A DNA stretch of 64,000 nucleotides from Bigelowiella natans CCMP2755 (lineage: Eukaryota; Protista; Cercozoa): NCBI GenBank assembly GCA_000320545.1, contig ADNK01003027.1, positions 1 to 64,000 on the forward strand, given 5' to 3'. Position 1 is the first letter of the stretch; every line of letters starts with the position of its first letter. Below are positions 13,867-27,161 of this stretch, in pieces. The notes under the pieces are model-generated. The model was not told the origin of the DNA. It searched no databases and saw nothing but the letters and a program-made list of their open reading frames with translations. The translations under genes were made by a program, and so were the position numbers.

Positions 13867-13938
13867 TCCGCGTTAGTACAATGGTTAGTATTCCTGCCTG
13901 TCACGCAGGAGATCGGAGTTCGATTCTCCGACGCGGAG
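13867..13938 (+). tRNA. tRNA-Asp (GTC)
   Basis: 72 nt; acceptor stem TCCGCGT/ACGCGGA, anticodon arm CCTGC-CT GTC AC-GCAGG, T arm CGGAG-TTCGATT-CTCCG; Pol III T-run at ~13950. Confidence 0.97.
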
Positions 13939-14548
13939 GGAACTCGAAGTTTTTGTTTCGTAAAAACATATTTCATGAGACACATTTGGGGGTTTTATCC
14001 CTGCGACAAACCTTTTTGTGATATCCCGATAATAATTCTCCGATGCCTGACATTTCTCCGCTCATCTACCAAGCAAACACCCTCCTCCTCCTCCTCCTCC
14101 TCCTCCTCTTCCCACTCTTCTGCACAACTTGTAATACATATCCAAACAAAAGAAAGCACTAAACCAATTTAAGGTTCATGTATAACGTATGATTCAATTA
14201 TATTCTGTTCGTGCTGTATTTAAACTTGTTTCATTATTTACCATCTATTTTTTTCACCTTTAGTCCTTCCTTCTTCTGAGAGCACAACCAACGAAGGCTT
14301 GTGTTGTTTGGACGATGAAAACGGCCTCAAGGCCCGCTTCGAAGAATGGAATTTCAGGAAGAAAATCAAAGTCCTTAAATAATAAGGTCGTATCGAATGA
14401 GAGAAAAATGTGGAAATCGTATCGCCCACAGCCAAACCACACATACGGGTATGAGGGTTAGTAGGACAAACACACGCACACAAAATGGTCTGCGGATGGT
14501 AATACCCCAGCTTAGATGCAAATCTACATAATTTAGAAGGGTGCAACG

Positions 14549-15704
14549 ATGGCTGCGAAGAAAGCTTCTTCTTCTTCTTCTTCTTCTTCTTCTTCTTCTT
14601 CTTCTTCATCCGTTTCAACTCCACGAGAACCTGGGACACGTCGTAAACGAGGCCTTGCACCTGAAGAGCTCAAGGCTAAGGGAAACGAAGCATTCAAGGA
14701 CCAAAAATATGATCAGGCCATTGACTTGTAAGCGATCTACTTTATGGAAGCCTCTTGCATGAATATTGGAAATGATACTAGATTAAAAAAATAGAGAGTG
14801 ATAATTGCTTAGAGGTCAGTGTGAATTTTTAATGATGAATATGTTCTTATTATGCATTGCGGATTATAATAATTTATAGTTTCAAGAGGGCAATTGCCTT
14901 GGATCCCCACAATCATATATACTACAGTAATAGAAGCGCTACATATACCGCGAAGGTATTAGAGTTCTACCACACAACAGTATAACCGACTACTATATTC
15001 TTCTTCGAGCGAATGAACAACCCTCCATCGATTTTTCCGCTATTGGTTCAGTTTGCGAAATTGTTTCAGCATACATACATACACATGCATGCATGCATTA
15101 ACGTTATTTTAATGTTTAAAAGGCTCTTGGAGACAACATCACATTCAGTACCGTGAAGGGGCTTGCCAAGGTGGTGAAAATTATCACATGTATAATGCGA
15201 ATAATAATGTGGTTATTGGTGCGCAGATTATGCTTTATTTTTTCCGATTTTTATGATGGTTATTGGGGTCATATCCGGCGTAAAAGGAAGGATAAGTGAA
15301 GAATAATTTGTCCTCCTTCTTCTTCCACATTTCCTACAAATCCCTTCTCTTCCTCCTCTCCCCTGCTTATTATTCACCATAAAGCAAGGAATATTGGACG
15401 CCAAGAAATGTATATCTCTTGAGCGTACATTTGGAAAAGGATACATGCGATGGGCAACCGCTCTAATGTTAATCTTTGACTTCAAAGCTGCCGTAAGGTG
15501 GCAATATACTACGACGCAAAAAATATATGTGTCGCGCCAACCATACATTATCATGCATGTGTTATCTTTGGAGAGGGCGATGAATGAATGAGTGTGTTCT
15601 CTTTTCTTCCGTAATCGTCGATGCTGATCTGTTTGCTGCTGCTGCCTGCTGCTGCTACTACTGTTTGCGTTGAATTTGATGTATTAATACACCATCAATT
15701 ACAT

Positions 15705-15735
<31 letters not shown>

Positions 15736-15743
15736 GACGGTTG

Positions 15744-15812
<69 letters not shown>

Positions 15813-16932
15813 TACTAGAGTCATCAAGAAAGGACTTGAAGCTGTTCCTAAAGATCCCCTCCTCACCAAAAACCTTAAAAAAGCGAAGGTAGGTGTGTCG
15901 CTCTAGATAATTTAATTAATGATCATATCTGATCTTTTTCTCGACAACCACAAATGAATGCTGGATGATTGAGTATCTATCTATCACCAGGAAAAACTAG
16001 CACGGTGGGAAAAGGGACTGGGTGTAAAACGGCGAAGACCAAGTAGTACAGATACAATCGATGACAGGGAAGATGAGAAGAAGAAGAAGAAGAAGGGGGA
16101 AAACAGCAGACTAATGAACTCTTATGATGATCTTCACCAGCATCATTATCATTCGTCGTTCCCCGATATCATAACTATGGCAGGTGGATTTCGAATAGGC
16201 GAGGAGGATACGGCTGCGGAAAAAGCACGTAAGGAGGAACTCAAGGAATTGCGACGTCAATTTCTGGAAGAGTCGAAATTAAACGAGGTTTGAACATTTT
16301 TATTTTATAAAAGAATACCTTGTTGCAGGAAGGAAAATCCTACTATAACAGCTCAGTTTGTAAAGATCTACTGCTGCTGCTGCTGCTGCTGCTGCCATTT
16401 TTGTAGTTGTCACATGCAATAAATGTCTGCTCCTTAGAGACTACGACGACATATCATCTTATATATTTGATGAAATACAATAAGATATCTCACTCCTTTA
16501 CCCCAAGAAAGAGGAAGAACAACAATACCCCATTCATTCTCCTCATGATCCTTTTTCTGCATCATCAACTCATAGATAAGTGAACGGAATCGTCTTTTGA
16601 AAGCAGAGGGAATAATACTTCCAAAATCAAATATTATGGTACAATGCACACGTCGTCGTCTTTTGAGTCAGCCAGAAGTAGAACGTGTAACCTGCAACAG
16701 ACTACTTTCTAAGAGCGAAACATCTTCCTTTGCACACAATGGTGATACGCCAACTGCAAAGAGAAAATAACGATTTATTTCTTAGTTTACCTAAACTTAA
16801 TATGTATTTACAACGTTTTAATCTCTCCAGGGAGCTCCATCGCAGAGTGGATTTCAGCCGTTTGGAGATTATTTTACACACAAGAATAAAAGGCGGAAAC
16901 GGAGAAGAAAAAGAATATCGGCGTATGACTAA
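14549..16932 (+). CDS. TPR-domain protein (STI1/HOP TPR1-like N-terminal TPR) with charged C-terminus
   Basis: Spliced EELKAKGNEAFKDQKYDQAIDL|FKRAIALDPHNHIYYSNRSATYTAK|...LDAKKCISLERTFGKGYMRWATAL...KKGLEAVPKDPLL; last exon from 16831 GAPSQSGFQPF...SAYD-TAA at 16930-16932. Confidence 0.85.
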
Positions 16933-16999
16933 ACAGATTTCTTGTGCTCACACCCAACCATCTTCTACTGCCAAGTTTTGAAAGGTGCTTTATGACCAA

Positions 17000-18200
17000 C
17001 GCCATGGCATTGCTGACGTCCCGTGCCTATTGCTAGATTGGTACCCTGATAGCAAACTCATCTACCATTATCAGATGTCTTCTTCATCTACTGCACGATG
17101 AAACCGCAAGCATATTGGCTGCGCTAGTGCTCGACAATGATGCTGCTATGCGCTGTTGTCTAGCTGTGCACAGCTAGACTGCTGCCATGCATATCGTGTA
17201 TGTGCAGATAGCAGCTAGCGGCTCGTTATTGTACGTTGCCACATAGCATGCGCGCACACCCGCAGCCGTGTTATGACCATGCGTACCCCACATTTCATTC
17301 CTCTGCTGTTCGCGGGCAGCAAAAATTGCAAAAACTGTGCAACGCTGAAAATTTGCCTACTGACGCCCTACATATACCTGCTGCTACGTATACTGCTAAA
17401 CTAAATAATTGCTATGCTAGAATGACATGATGAAAATCATGGGCAGGCACATCACAGGGTGCATGTATGCGTGGAATGATGAAATTGAATTTGCAGCCAG
17501 AAAATTGTGCAAATTTGTTGCAACAAGGGCGCGCTTTACGGCACATCTATTTGTAGGCGCAGATGCATGCTGCATATACGTGCCGATTTGATCGACAATA
17601 ACATTGTGTATGAGACTACGGATGTATGAGACGGATGTGATGAAGAATTAAATTTTTTCAATGGTCATCCTGATGTAGCTGTGCAATGCAGCGGCTACAG
17701 CGCTAATGTTGCATCTGTTGGTTTCTGCCACAATATAACAATGTGTTTCATGCATTTGAAAGCGTCCTCATGCGACTACGGATGTATAGATGTGCCTGTA
17801 TATTCGACTTACTAAGTTGAGCTATATATAGACAAGATGCACATCTAGACATGCATGCTAGCATCTAGGCATGGCATGCCATGCTAGCCTAGCAATGCAT
17901 GGCAGCCAAGCTAGCTCACGTAGCGTACTATGTGTTGGTTCTTGCATTAAAAGTGAAATGGCTAACACCATATATGTACATGCGATTCACATGCAATATA
18001 GCAACATATACAATGCTGACGACACAAAAAAGATCTGCATCAGATTGCTAATCGTATCGATGGTCCACAATTGTACAGTCAGAGTGCGCATGATGGCGTA
18101 GAGAAGCGGCGACATGAAAGATGTTTATTTTACATTAGCAACGTATTGTGCAGAGTTTCATGATGAAGTCATGCACACAGCAGTTAACTATTACTTTTTT
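17000..18200. mobile_element. Degenerate repeat island 2, partially TpA-depleted
   Basis: GCATGC/GCTAGC-rich; contains the dispersed-repeat copy 17625-17703 and a related GACTACGGATGTA motif at ~17614-17626 and ~17775-17787. Confidence 0.65.
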
Positions 18201-18240
18201 CATGTTTTATGTCCTGCACGAACACCCAACACCAGAAAGG

Positions 18241-18971
18241 TTAAGAAGCAGGTGGATAGGAACTCGAAGGTGGGTAGCCTCCTTGAGCTACTGCTGGTTG
18301 CGCCGCACCGTATGGAGAGTATGCTGGGTAACCTCCAGTTGCTGCTGCTTGTCCTCCTTGAGGTGGGGGGTAAGAAGCTGTTTGTGATGGATAACCTGGA
18401 TACTGAGGAGGAGCTGTTCCTGTAGTAGTAGCCGTAGTACCAGGGTATGGACTATAAGCTGGGGTGGTGACAGCTGCTGCTGCAGCAGCAGAAGGATACG
18501 ATGATGTAGGGGCTGGTTGCTGGCTGTATGGATGGTAAGAAGGTGCGGTGGTGTGAGGAGGAGGGTATGCTTGCTGTGGCTGCTGTGTAGGATATGACGA
18601 TGTCGGAGGAGGGGCATTGTATTGAGGTGGCGGTGCTCCATATCCTCCTCCTCCTCCTCCTCCTCCTCGTGGGTAGGATGATTGTCCGTATGAATTGTTA
18701 TATCCATAACCACCACCACCACCACCACCATAGCTTGAATAGGAGTTATTCCAAGACGATCTACCGCCATAGCCTCCTCCCCTTCCTCCTATCCCTCCCC
18801 CCCCAGTTTGAGATGCTGCCTGGCGAGTTCCCTTTGTATCACGTGCAAATTTGACACGAAGGGGTTTCGGAGCACCGGGAATCATATAGCCGTTCATCTT
18901 TTCAATGGCCCGCTCTGCAGGGGCTCTCTCGGCGTAGTGCACAAAACCGACGCCTCTTCCCAAACCCCTAA

Positions 18972-19018
<47 letters not shown>

Positions 19019-19480
19019 AGATGAAATTTTAAAATAAGGAGAGCAACAAATAATAGAACACAACCCCGTTACTAGTGTAAAGGTGATGTGATGATGCTGG
19101 ATTCTCCATTCATATGTTGAAACGATGATATATGATGTGATGATGCTGGATTCTCCCATTCATATGCTGAAACGATGATATATGATGTGATGACGCTGGA
19201 TTCTCCCATTCATATGTTGAAACGATGATATATGATGGAGAAATGCTGTTAGTGGCTAGATCAGGTTTATTATTACGTTTTGTTGTCAATCAGAATGCTG
19301 CATTCTGCGATGGTTCCAAAGGGTGCAAATAGAGTCTGAAGTTGCTCCTTCGTGTACTCATAAGGTAATTGTGCGACATAAACATTCTTTTGCATCAGCC
19401 TCTCCCCGCCGCCATATTGCGACGATTGTTGGTAATGACCACCTAAGAGTTGTTGGTGGTGGAGGTGGTGGGTTGGTGTC

Positions 19481-19514
<34 letters not shown>

Positions 19515-19614
19515 TTGTGGCCTTCCTTTTTAATAATAATAAGTAAGTACGTTGTACTCCAACATTACTCTCTTCTTCCTATTAAACCACCACCACCACA
19601 CCATCTTTCGAAGT

Positions 19615-19647
<33 letters not shown>

Positions 19648-20702
19648 CCATTCAATTAACTAACACACTGTAGTAGCCACGGTCACGGGCATAAACAACG
19701 CACATTTGCAAACACATAATACCATATCCTCCTCCGCCGCCACTGTACCCTCCCCCTCCAAGTAAGGGGCGACCGTTGTGTCTATCATTCGATCGCAAAT
19801 CTTCCTTTTTCTTAGCGTGCTCAACGCGCATAGGTATGCCGGTGCGTGAACCGGGAGCAGACTTGCCATTTAAAGCATTGATAGCTGCATTGGCGGATTC
19901 CGCAGCCTCTGTAAAGTAGAAGAAAAATACACAATATGCTAAGTAATCTACTCACTTAAACCGATTAGGGTGGTGTGGGTGGATGGGGAAAGATACCGAA
20001 ATGGACAAAACCAACGCCCCTGCTTTTGCCAAAATTTCTTAGAATCTGCACGCTAATGCCGTGCAAAAAATTGGGTTGGGACGGAAGAAATCGAACGAGC
20101 CGGAGAACATAGGAAACCGAAACACATAAAATTAAAAAATCAATGAAAATTAATATAAACCAGGTATTACGAATCGAAGTTGTGGTAAAATCATGGGTTC
20201 ATAAAGCGGATATAAGAGCATGCACATACCGAGTGATTTTCCCATATGGGTTAAAAAGTGCTTGCAAATTTTCTTCCTCGTATTCCTCAGGAATGTGGCA
20301 GACGTAGAGATTCAACATCCCCTCAGAAGTTGATGATGAGGGCGCGGAATTGCCATTGGGTTCAGGTTGCTGCTGTTGGACTTTCGATTCTACTACAGGT
20401 TTTGTCTCCTGATCTTCTAGTGACGGTGCTGGAGCGGGAGCGGGGGCTACATCAGCAGTTGCCTCTTCTTTGAGGTCTTGCACAATTATCTTTTCCTTCA
20501 CCTCAGTTTTTTGGCGTTTGGCCGGTTGAGCAGGCTCATTTTCAGTTGATGGGGGCACTGCAGAAGCTGAGCTATCATCGACACTACCAATATCCCGTTT
20601 TACACCGGCTGTTGTTTCCTCCTTTACGTCTCCTTTTTTCTCCTCCTCCTTTCCCAATGTGGCTTCCGTGTCAGCAGGCTTTTGCACATTTTCCTCAGTC
20701 AT
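18241..20702 (-). CDS. Two-RRM RNA-binding protein (ELAV/Sxl-like) with G/Y/P/Q-rich low-complexity tail
   Basis: RNP2 LNLYVCHIP, RNP1 SRGVGFVHF (~20000-20025), second RRM NVYVAQLP...LYLHPFGTI and RGVGFVHY...PLRVKFA; ATG at 20702, TAA at 18241-18243. Confidence 0.9.
19085..19235. repeat. ~50-bp intronic minisatellite, 3 copies
   Basis: GATGTGATGATGCTGGATTCTCCCATTCATATGTTGAAACGATGATATAT repeated in tandem. Confidence 0.9.
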
Positions 20703-21049
20703 TTTCTCTCTTTCTCTCAACCTGAAATCACGGACAATAATTTGTTGTATGCGTTCTTCTGAAGTAGGAAGATTAAGAGGAATAAGGAATCGAAGGAACA
20801 CACCAACAGACGATGTTCCTTCAAGAGATTACCTTCGGGTGGAACAGGGGGAAGCGCACTCAGGCAGGTTTCAGATTAAATTCACAATTGGCGAAGAAAT
20901 TTCAAATCTAATCCACCCCAGTTAGCATTTTTGTCACCTATCTGGAAATGTCGTATAATTTAATTTCCATGTATTTACATGATCCATGAAAATTCCGTGT
21001 CCGCACTTGGTATGGAATTCTGCGCACTAATCAAAAGTGGAAAACTGCG

Positions 21050-22390
21050 CTCAAGTTGTGGTCATGTCACATGTGCGACTTGAGGAACAACGCACAATTC
21101 CTAGATTCTAAATTCTTAGAACTGCATCTGAATTACGACTTAAAATCGAAGTCGCCCCCAATCATTGAATGCTTTTTTAAGAAACTGTTCTTAGTTTCTT
21201 CAATTTCTTCGAGAACGTCTTGATTCTGCTCAATTCCAGACTCCTCCAAAACCAAAATTCTGCTGGGGGCCCCCTCAGATGATCCAATCGTAGATCGTCA
21301 TGTGGACATGGCCTTCAGGAAGTTTTTGCTCAGAGTGGAGGTCTTGCGCCGTCAGAACTTTGCTGCTAATGTCATTGCTTCTCAATGACCAAGTCATGCC
21401 ATTTTGGCAAACCAGCTAGTTGATTTGCTGGTCACAGTCCTCACTGAAACCAGTTCGAGGCACTGCATTTTGCACGCTGCAAGTGTCTTGCAACACTTTG
21501 GAAATGTAGTTTTTCATCATTGTTTCATTGTTTCATTGTTTCCATGATCTGAATTGCTTCTGTTGCACGTTCACTGAGAGCCGTCCTGTCCGATCAACAT
21601 GGAGCTCCAGACGCCTGAAAGTCCAAAGTTTCTCAAGGGTGGGCAGTGGGTGGGGGGAGAGGGCACCTGCTGCCATTCTTGGCCCTGGCGAACAGGAATC
21701 ATGAAGCAATGTGACTGACTTTGACACGACGGCGACGCAACGTGTGAACTCCAATGATGAGCGAGTCTCCTGAAGGCTGTGTCGACACGATGGTCTGCGA
21801 TCGGGTCGTCCGAAGGAGCACCCAGGGGTGCTCTGGTTTTTACGGAGTCGGAACCATGGAAGAAACTTTGGTGGGCAAGTGAGGCAGGTGCCAGAGCCAC
21901 ACTCACATTCCAGCATTGGCGGAGAGGACCAGAGGAGTCCGTCATTCCTCGCATCGACCGAGTGGGATGATGAATCATGAACAAAGCATTGATGCAAAAA
22001 CCACACGAGCAAGAACCACATGGGAGACATGCACGAACGTGTTGTTCTGGTGTTGTTGGGAGGGTCATTGCACACACGGAGACAATTGCATGCACACACC
22101 AGAGATCTGGAGATGGGTGTGCCAGCTGTCACACACAATGTCTCTTTGTTGCAGACCATGGACACTGTGCAGGTGATGCACATGACACGTGTGAGTGTCA
22201 CATGTGCCACATCTATGTCCATCTACACGTCGTGCCTTTTGTCCACACATGTCGACCATGTGCACTGCGTGTGTCCATTGTGCAGCTGCTGCAGCATGTG
22301 ACTGGTGTTCACACACTTTCCCGTCTGCAGTCTAGACGATTTTGACAAAAATTGCTACTATGCTACATTGTTGTAGTTTCTCATGCATTC
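21050..22390. mobile_element. Island 3: two tail-to-tail relics of a probable non-LTR retrotransposon 3' end, TpA-erased
   Basis: 21239-21390(+) and ~21700-21850(-) encode homologous peptides (DSSKTKILLGAPSDDPIVDRHVDMAFRK / DSVKTRAPLGAPSDDPIADHRVDTAFRR) differing largely at third codon positions. The minus copy has a frameshifted CCHC-like segment upstream (~22030-22090) and a repeated tail at ~21515-21545. Confidence 0.6.
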
Positions 22391-22412
22391 CATGATTTTC
22401 CTTAGTTGAAAC

Positions 22413-23021
22413 TTAGTCAAGACATCGGATGTACTCTCTTGGTTTATTCCATTGTGTTGTTGCTAGATGCGAAATGTCATAGTTGAACCGATGATTCCTC
22501 ATGCGAGGCCGAGAAACAACTACTGCAGGATCAGAGTCCTTTTTTTGTTTCTTCTCTTTTTGTTGTGTCCTCGCCGTTTGAACATGTTTTCTTCTTTTCG
22601 TTTGAAGTGCAAAAGTTTCGACAATTTTGCAGGCAGATGTGTAGTTTTCATTTTCATTGGCGTGAGATTTGTGATTGTTGCTGGGTCTTGAATACTTGTT
22701 ACGAAGAAGGCGGGTATTATCTACTCCAGTCTTATGAGAGGTCATAATATCGTCGTCGTTGCCACTGTTCATTCTCTTGTTTTTTCTGTGCTTCTTCCTC
22801 ATCAGTATCATCCTGCTTTTGCTGCTGCTACTGCTGCTAATAACACCACTATTTTGGTCCTCCTCCTCCTCCTCCGCCTTTATTTCCTACGAAATAATAC
22901 ACCAAAGAGGCACCGTGAACAACTGTTTTCATACTAACTCTGTACTAACTCTATATATACCACCTGTAACTAAATACTTCCTCCTCTTCATAATATATTT
23001 ACTACCATACCTTAATGACAG

Positions 23022-23053
<32 letters not shown>

Positions 23054-23827
23054 CCATCCTGCTTCTCGGTGTCCACTTTGTCTTGAGCGTTGTTATTTGA
23101 ACCCAGCTGCACCCGTCGCCGTCGTCGCCTTCTCTTCCTCCTCTTCCGATGTTTTCTCCTCCTCCCCTGGATCTGTTGATCGGTACAATGTATTTTCTCC
23201 TCTTCCTTCTCTTTGTCGCCCTCCATGGCATGATCATGGTAATTATGATGATGATGATGATGATGATGATGATAACGGTGCTTCCAGCGTCGAATATCTG
23301 CACGATGCGCCTCAGTATGGCGTCGCACGTAATATTCATCACTGGTATCCTCGGAAGAGGAAGAAGAAGAAGAGGAGGATGACGGTGATAATGGTGAGCG
23401 GTAATAGTCTCTTCCTTTATATTTTCCATTATTATTCATGGTCAATGGGGAGAACGAAGAAGAAGAATGAGGGACCTGAAAGGTGTTATGTACAAGAACA
23501 GCTTTGAATAAATTAGTATCCACAACTTACTTAATACTCTCTTGTCGTTTTGTATATTGCTATTATTTTTGATTGATTGATTGATTGACCTTCTTAGATC
23601 CAGGAGTGTGTATGAATTGATCCGGCAGCCAATCTTTCATGATTTGAGCTACACTTTCAGGGTCAATTGTAGTAGAAGATGATAATGGTGATAATGATGA
23701 TGTTCTCTTATGCTGCTGCTGCTTTTGCCCTGCATTTAGCTGTGCTTCATCCCTAACAATAGTAGATAATAAAAAAAAGCAAAATACTAAAAAAAACAAC
23801 TAATCTATTTCCCCCCTTCTCTCTCTG

Positions 23828-23874
<47 letters not shown>

Positions 23875-24812
23875 CTAATGTCAGCATGCCACTACTTCTT
23901 CACACAGCAGCAGCTAGCTACACTTGTCGATAGTCGTCGATAAGAGTCTTGTTGGCAATAATGGATGATCATGATTTGTTCTCTCTCAGTCTCTGTATTT
24001 CGTCGTTTGTCGTCATCATCTTCCGTCCTATCGTTATTTTAAACAGCTAACAAATACTACCTTGATGTTGTTCTTCTCAGTAAAGTCTCTGCCTCCTCCG
24101 TTGAGTATACACGCAGCATAACATTATGGTTTGTACTAGTATCGTGATCATCAAACGTAAGAACAAGGTTTCCTTGTCTTGTTCCCAACACCTCCCCAGC
24201 TCCAGAGAACCTGTAATAGTAGTAGTAGTAGTAGTAGTAGTAGTAGGTTATCATCAATCATGGTCATCATGATGATAATCAGGATGATATTTTATATATC
24301 ATACTAGTAGCTTAAGTACGCAGCACCAGCAAGTTGTAGTAAGTAGTAGTAGTAGTAGTAGTAATAGTAGTAGTAGTGTAGTGGTAGTGGTAGTGGTAGC
24401 AACGTAGCTTTCTCATTACCACATATATGACTGACAACAACTACAACAACTACAATACCTATCCAACAGTCGATCGCCTGTTTTGAGCCCCCAATCAAGA
24501 CGTAGCGGATCGGTCATCATCATCATCGATGTTTGTGTAGATTTTGTTGTTGTTGCTGCTGTATAACCACAAGTACTGCTACTGCTACTACGGGTACTAG
24601 CACCCGCTGCTGCTTTGGTAGTATTACCACTACTATTGTTACTACTACTGCTCAATGTGGTAGTAGCACCATCTATTTGATCTATCTTTCCTTTCAGCAG
24701 TAGCTGCTGATAGTAGTGGTAGTAACGATGTGGATCATGATGATGATGATGATGATGACGATGATGCAAATCACCTTGACCACGCCTTTTTCTTTGTCTT
24801 CGTCTTTGTAAC

Positions 24813-24851
<39 letters not shown>

Positions 24852-25235
24852 TCCCCTTCTTCTTCTTTCTCCTCCTCTTCCCTTCTTTGATAAGTAACTT
24901 CTGCATTATTATTACCATCCTCGTTGTATAGTTTTGGTCCTCCTAGAGTTGTATTGCTATCATTCTTTTTCTTCTTTTTCTTCTTCTTGCTGTTGTTCTT
25001 CTTAGATTCTCCTCCTCTCCCGAACGAAGAAAGAGCAGGAGGACGATAAAGAGGTATTGGAAGTCCCACAACAGGCTCAGGGGGTGGGGGAGGAAATGGG
25101 CAATACTTCAATAATCTTAATGTAGGTTTTGCATAAATTGTACAATGGAGCAAATCTTTGAGGGTTCTCCTTGAATTCAATCCACTCATCCCAGCTCCTT
25201 GACCAGCCCAAGAAATGCATCTGGTTTATATTATA

Positions 25236-25282
<47 letters not shown>

Positions 25283-26695
25283 CATTTTGGTTCTTGAATT
25301 AGTAATTAAGAGTAAGGTGATGATAATGATGATGATGGTGATGGTGATGTTGATGAGTTCTACCCATCAGTGATTCTTTTATCTCTGTGGCATACATTAT
25401 TATTATGCACTCTTATATTGACCATACCACAACTTACGACTACTTCATCCGTAATTTTATTCTTATTATTATTCTGCTTATTTTTCTCGTTCTTCTTCCC
25501 GTAATATTCTGTCTTCTTCTTCTTCTTTAAATATATGCAATAATGTGTAGTAGTAGTAGTAGTAGTATTAGACCCGTTTAATACTTACTTACTTACTTAC
25601 TTACTTACACACTCCTCTCTCAAGACTAATACTACTAGAATAATCCCTCTCTTCCTGCTGCCCCTCTCCCTACTCCTCCTCCTCCTTCAAGTATTACTAG
25701 TAGTTAGTATACTGAGTAGTCACCACCTGTAACAGATTTGGGTTATCTTGGTCAACTCCATCGACAACAGCTGGATGCCATTCCCCATTCCAATCACGGC
25801 AATCACATCGATCTCCTTTGGCTAATATACCACCACCACCACTACTACTACTACTACTACTCCTACTCCTACTGCTATTAGCAGCACCAGCCTTTGCTAC
25901 CGCTGTTGTTGCTGCTGCTGATGATAATGATGCTAAATCTTTCTGCCTTTCCAATGATGAAGATCTTGAATCACTCTGGTTATCTTCCAATAACTCGATG
26001 CTATATAGATTAGATTACGATGATGATGATGATGATGATGATAATGAGAATGATTAGAATGATAAAATGATAAGAAAAGGAGAAGAAGAATAGATTTTGA
26101 CGTTGTTGTGGTTTGCATTTGTTAATAAAAACAGAAACTACAATCATAAGAATGATCATCATGAATGATGACACGTGTACAGCAGCAGCAGCAGCTCGTT
26201 GATTACTGATTACACAAGCCTCCTCCTCCTCCTCCTCCTCCTCCTCCTCCTACTACTACTACTACTACTACAGCAGCTCGTTGACTACTGATTCACAGTG
26301 TCTACTACTACTACTACTACTACTACTACCTACTCTATCAACCTCCAAACCTACTACCTATTTGCCTACTACCTGTTTTTGGGATCTGGAAAGATTTCAT
26401 ATGAAGATTCTCCGTCATCGTACTTGATAAGCAACCTCCAAATCTTTGGATTTGAACACAACATTCCTTGTAAAGCTACCCAGCCTCCATACCTTACTCC
26501 GTTATCGAATTTCACCACAACTCTCATCTCCACACGTGGAATCATGATGATGGGGGGGACTGCGATATTAGTTGCTGCTACTGTGCTGTCCTTAATCATG
26601 TTATCTTGTTCTTCTTTGGCTTTTTCCCCTTTCTTTTTTTCCTCCTATTTTGCTCCTGCTGCTGTTTTTTCTGTGTCTTTCTACTTCTATTCGTG

Positions 26696-26730
<35 letters not shown>

Positions 26731-27130
26731 GTTATTATCCTTTTTTGATGAGAGTGTGGCGCCACCAGCAGCAGCAGCAGCATCAATTGAGTATTTGTCG
26801 TCATTGTCATCATCTTTGTCGTTTGGCATCATCATCATAGTAACGGAAGAAGAAGAACTCTTTGAACGATGACGATGACGACTACGAGCTCCAGACGCTG
26901 CTATAGCTTCAATCTTACTTCTTTCTATAGCTACTTTCAACCAATACGCATCAGCCTGCTCATCGTGTAGCGTTTGTGGGGCTCTCCTCACGCGTTTTGG
27001 ATATGATGGTTTCTTCTTAAACAATGATGGTGACGATTTATCTCCTACTACTTCTCCTCCTCCTCCTCCTCCTCCTTTGAGACTACTACTATCAGCAGCA
27101 CTACCTCTACAATCGCTACTACTACCATCG

Positions 27131-27161
<31 letters not shown>

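Noticed and set aside
21533-22345. Overlapping 63-229 aa ORFs as genes (likewise those at 4635-5594 and 36736-37769)
   Set aside because: They are open in many frames because TAA is erased; Tyr-poor, His/Cys/Met-rich and without an intact domain.
21050-22390. CpG-methylation decay or fungal RIP as the cause of TG/CA excess
   Set aside because: CpG is plentiful here and TA is the missing dinucleotide; RIP would increase TA and CpG decay would not remove it.
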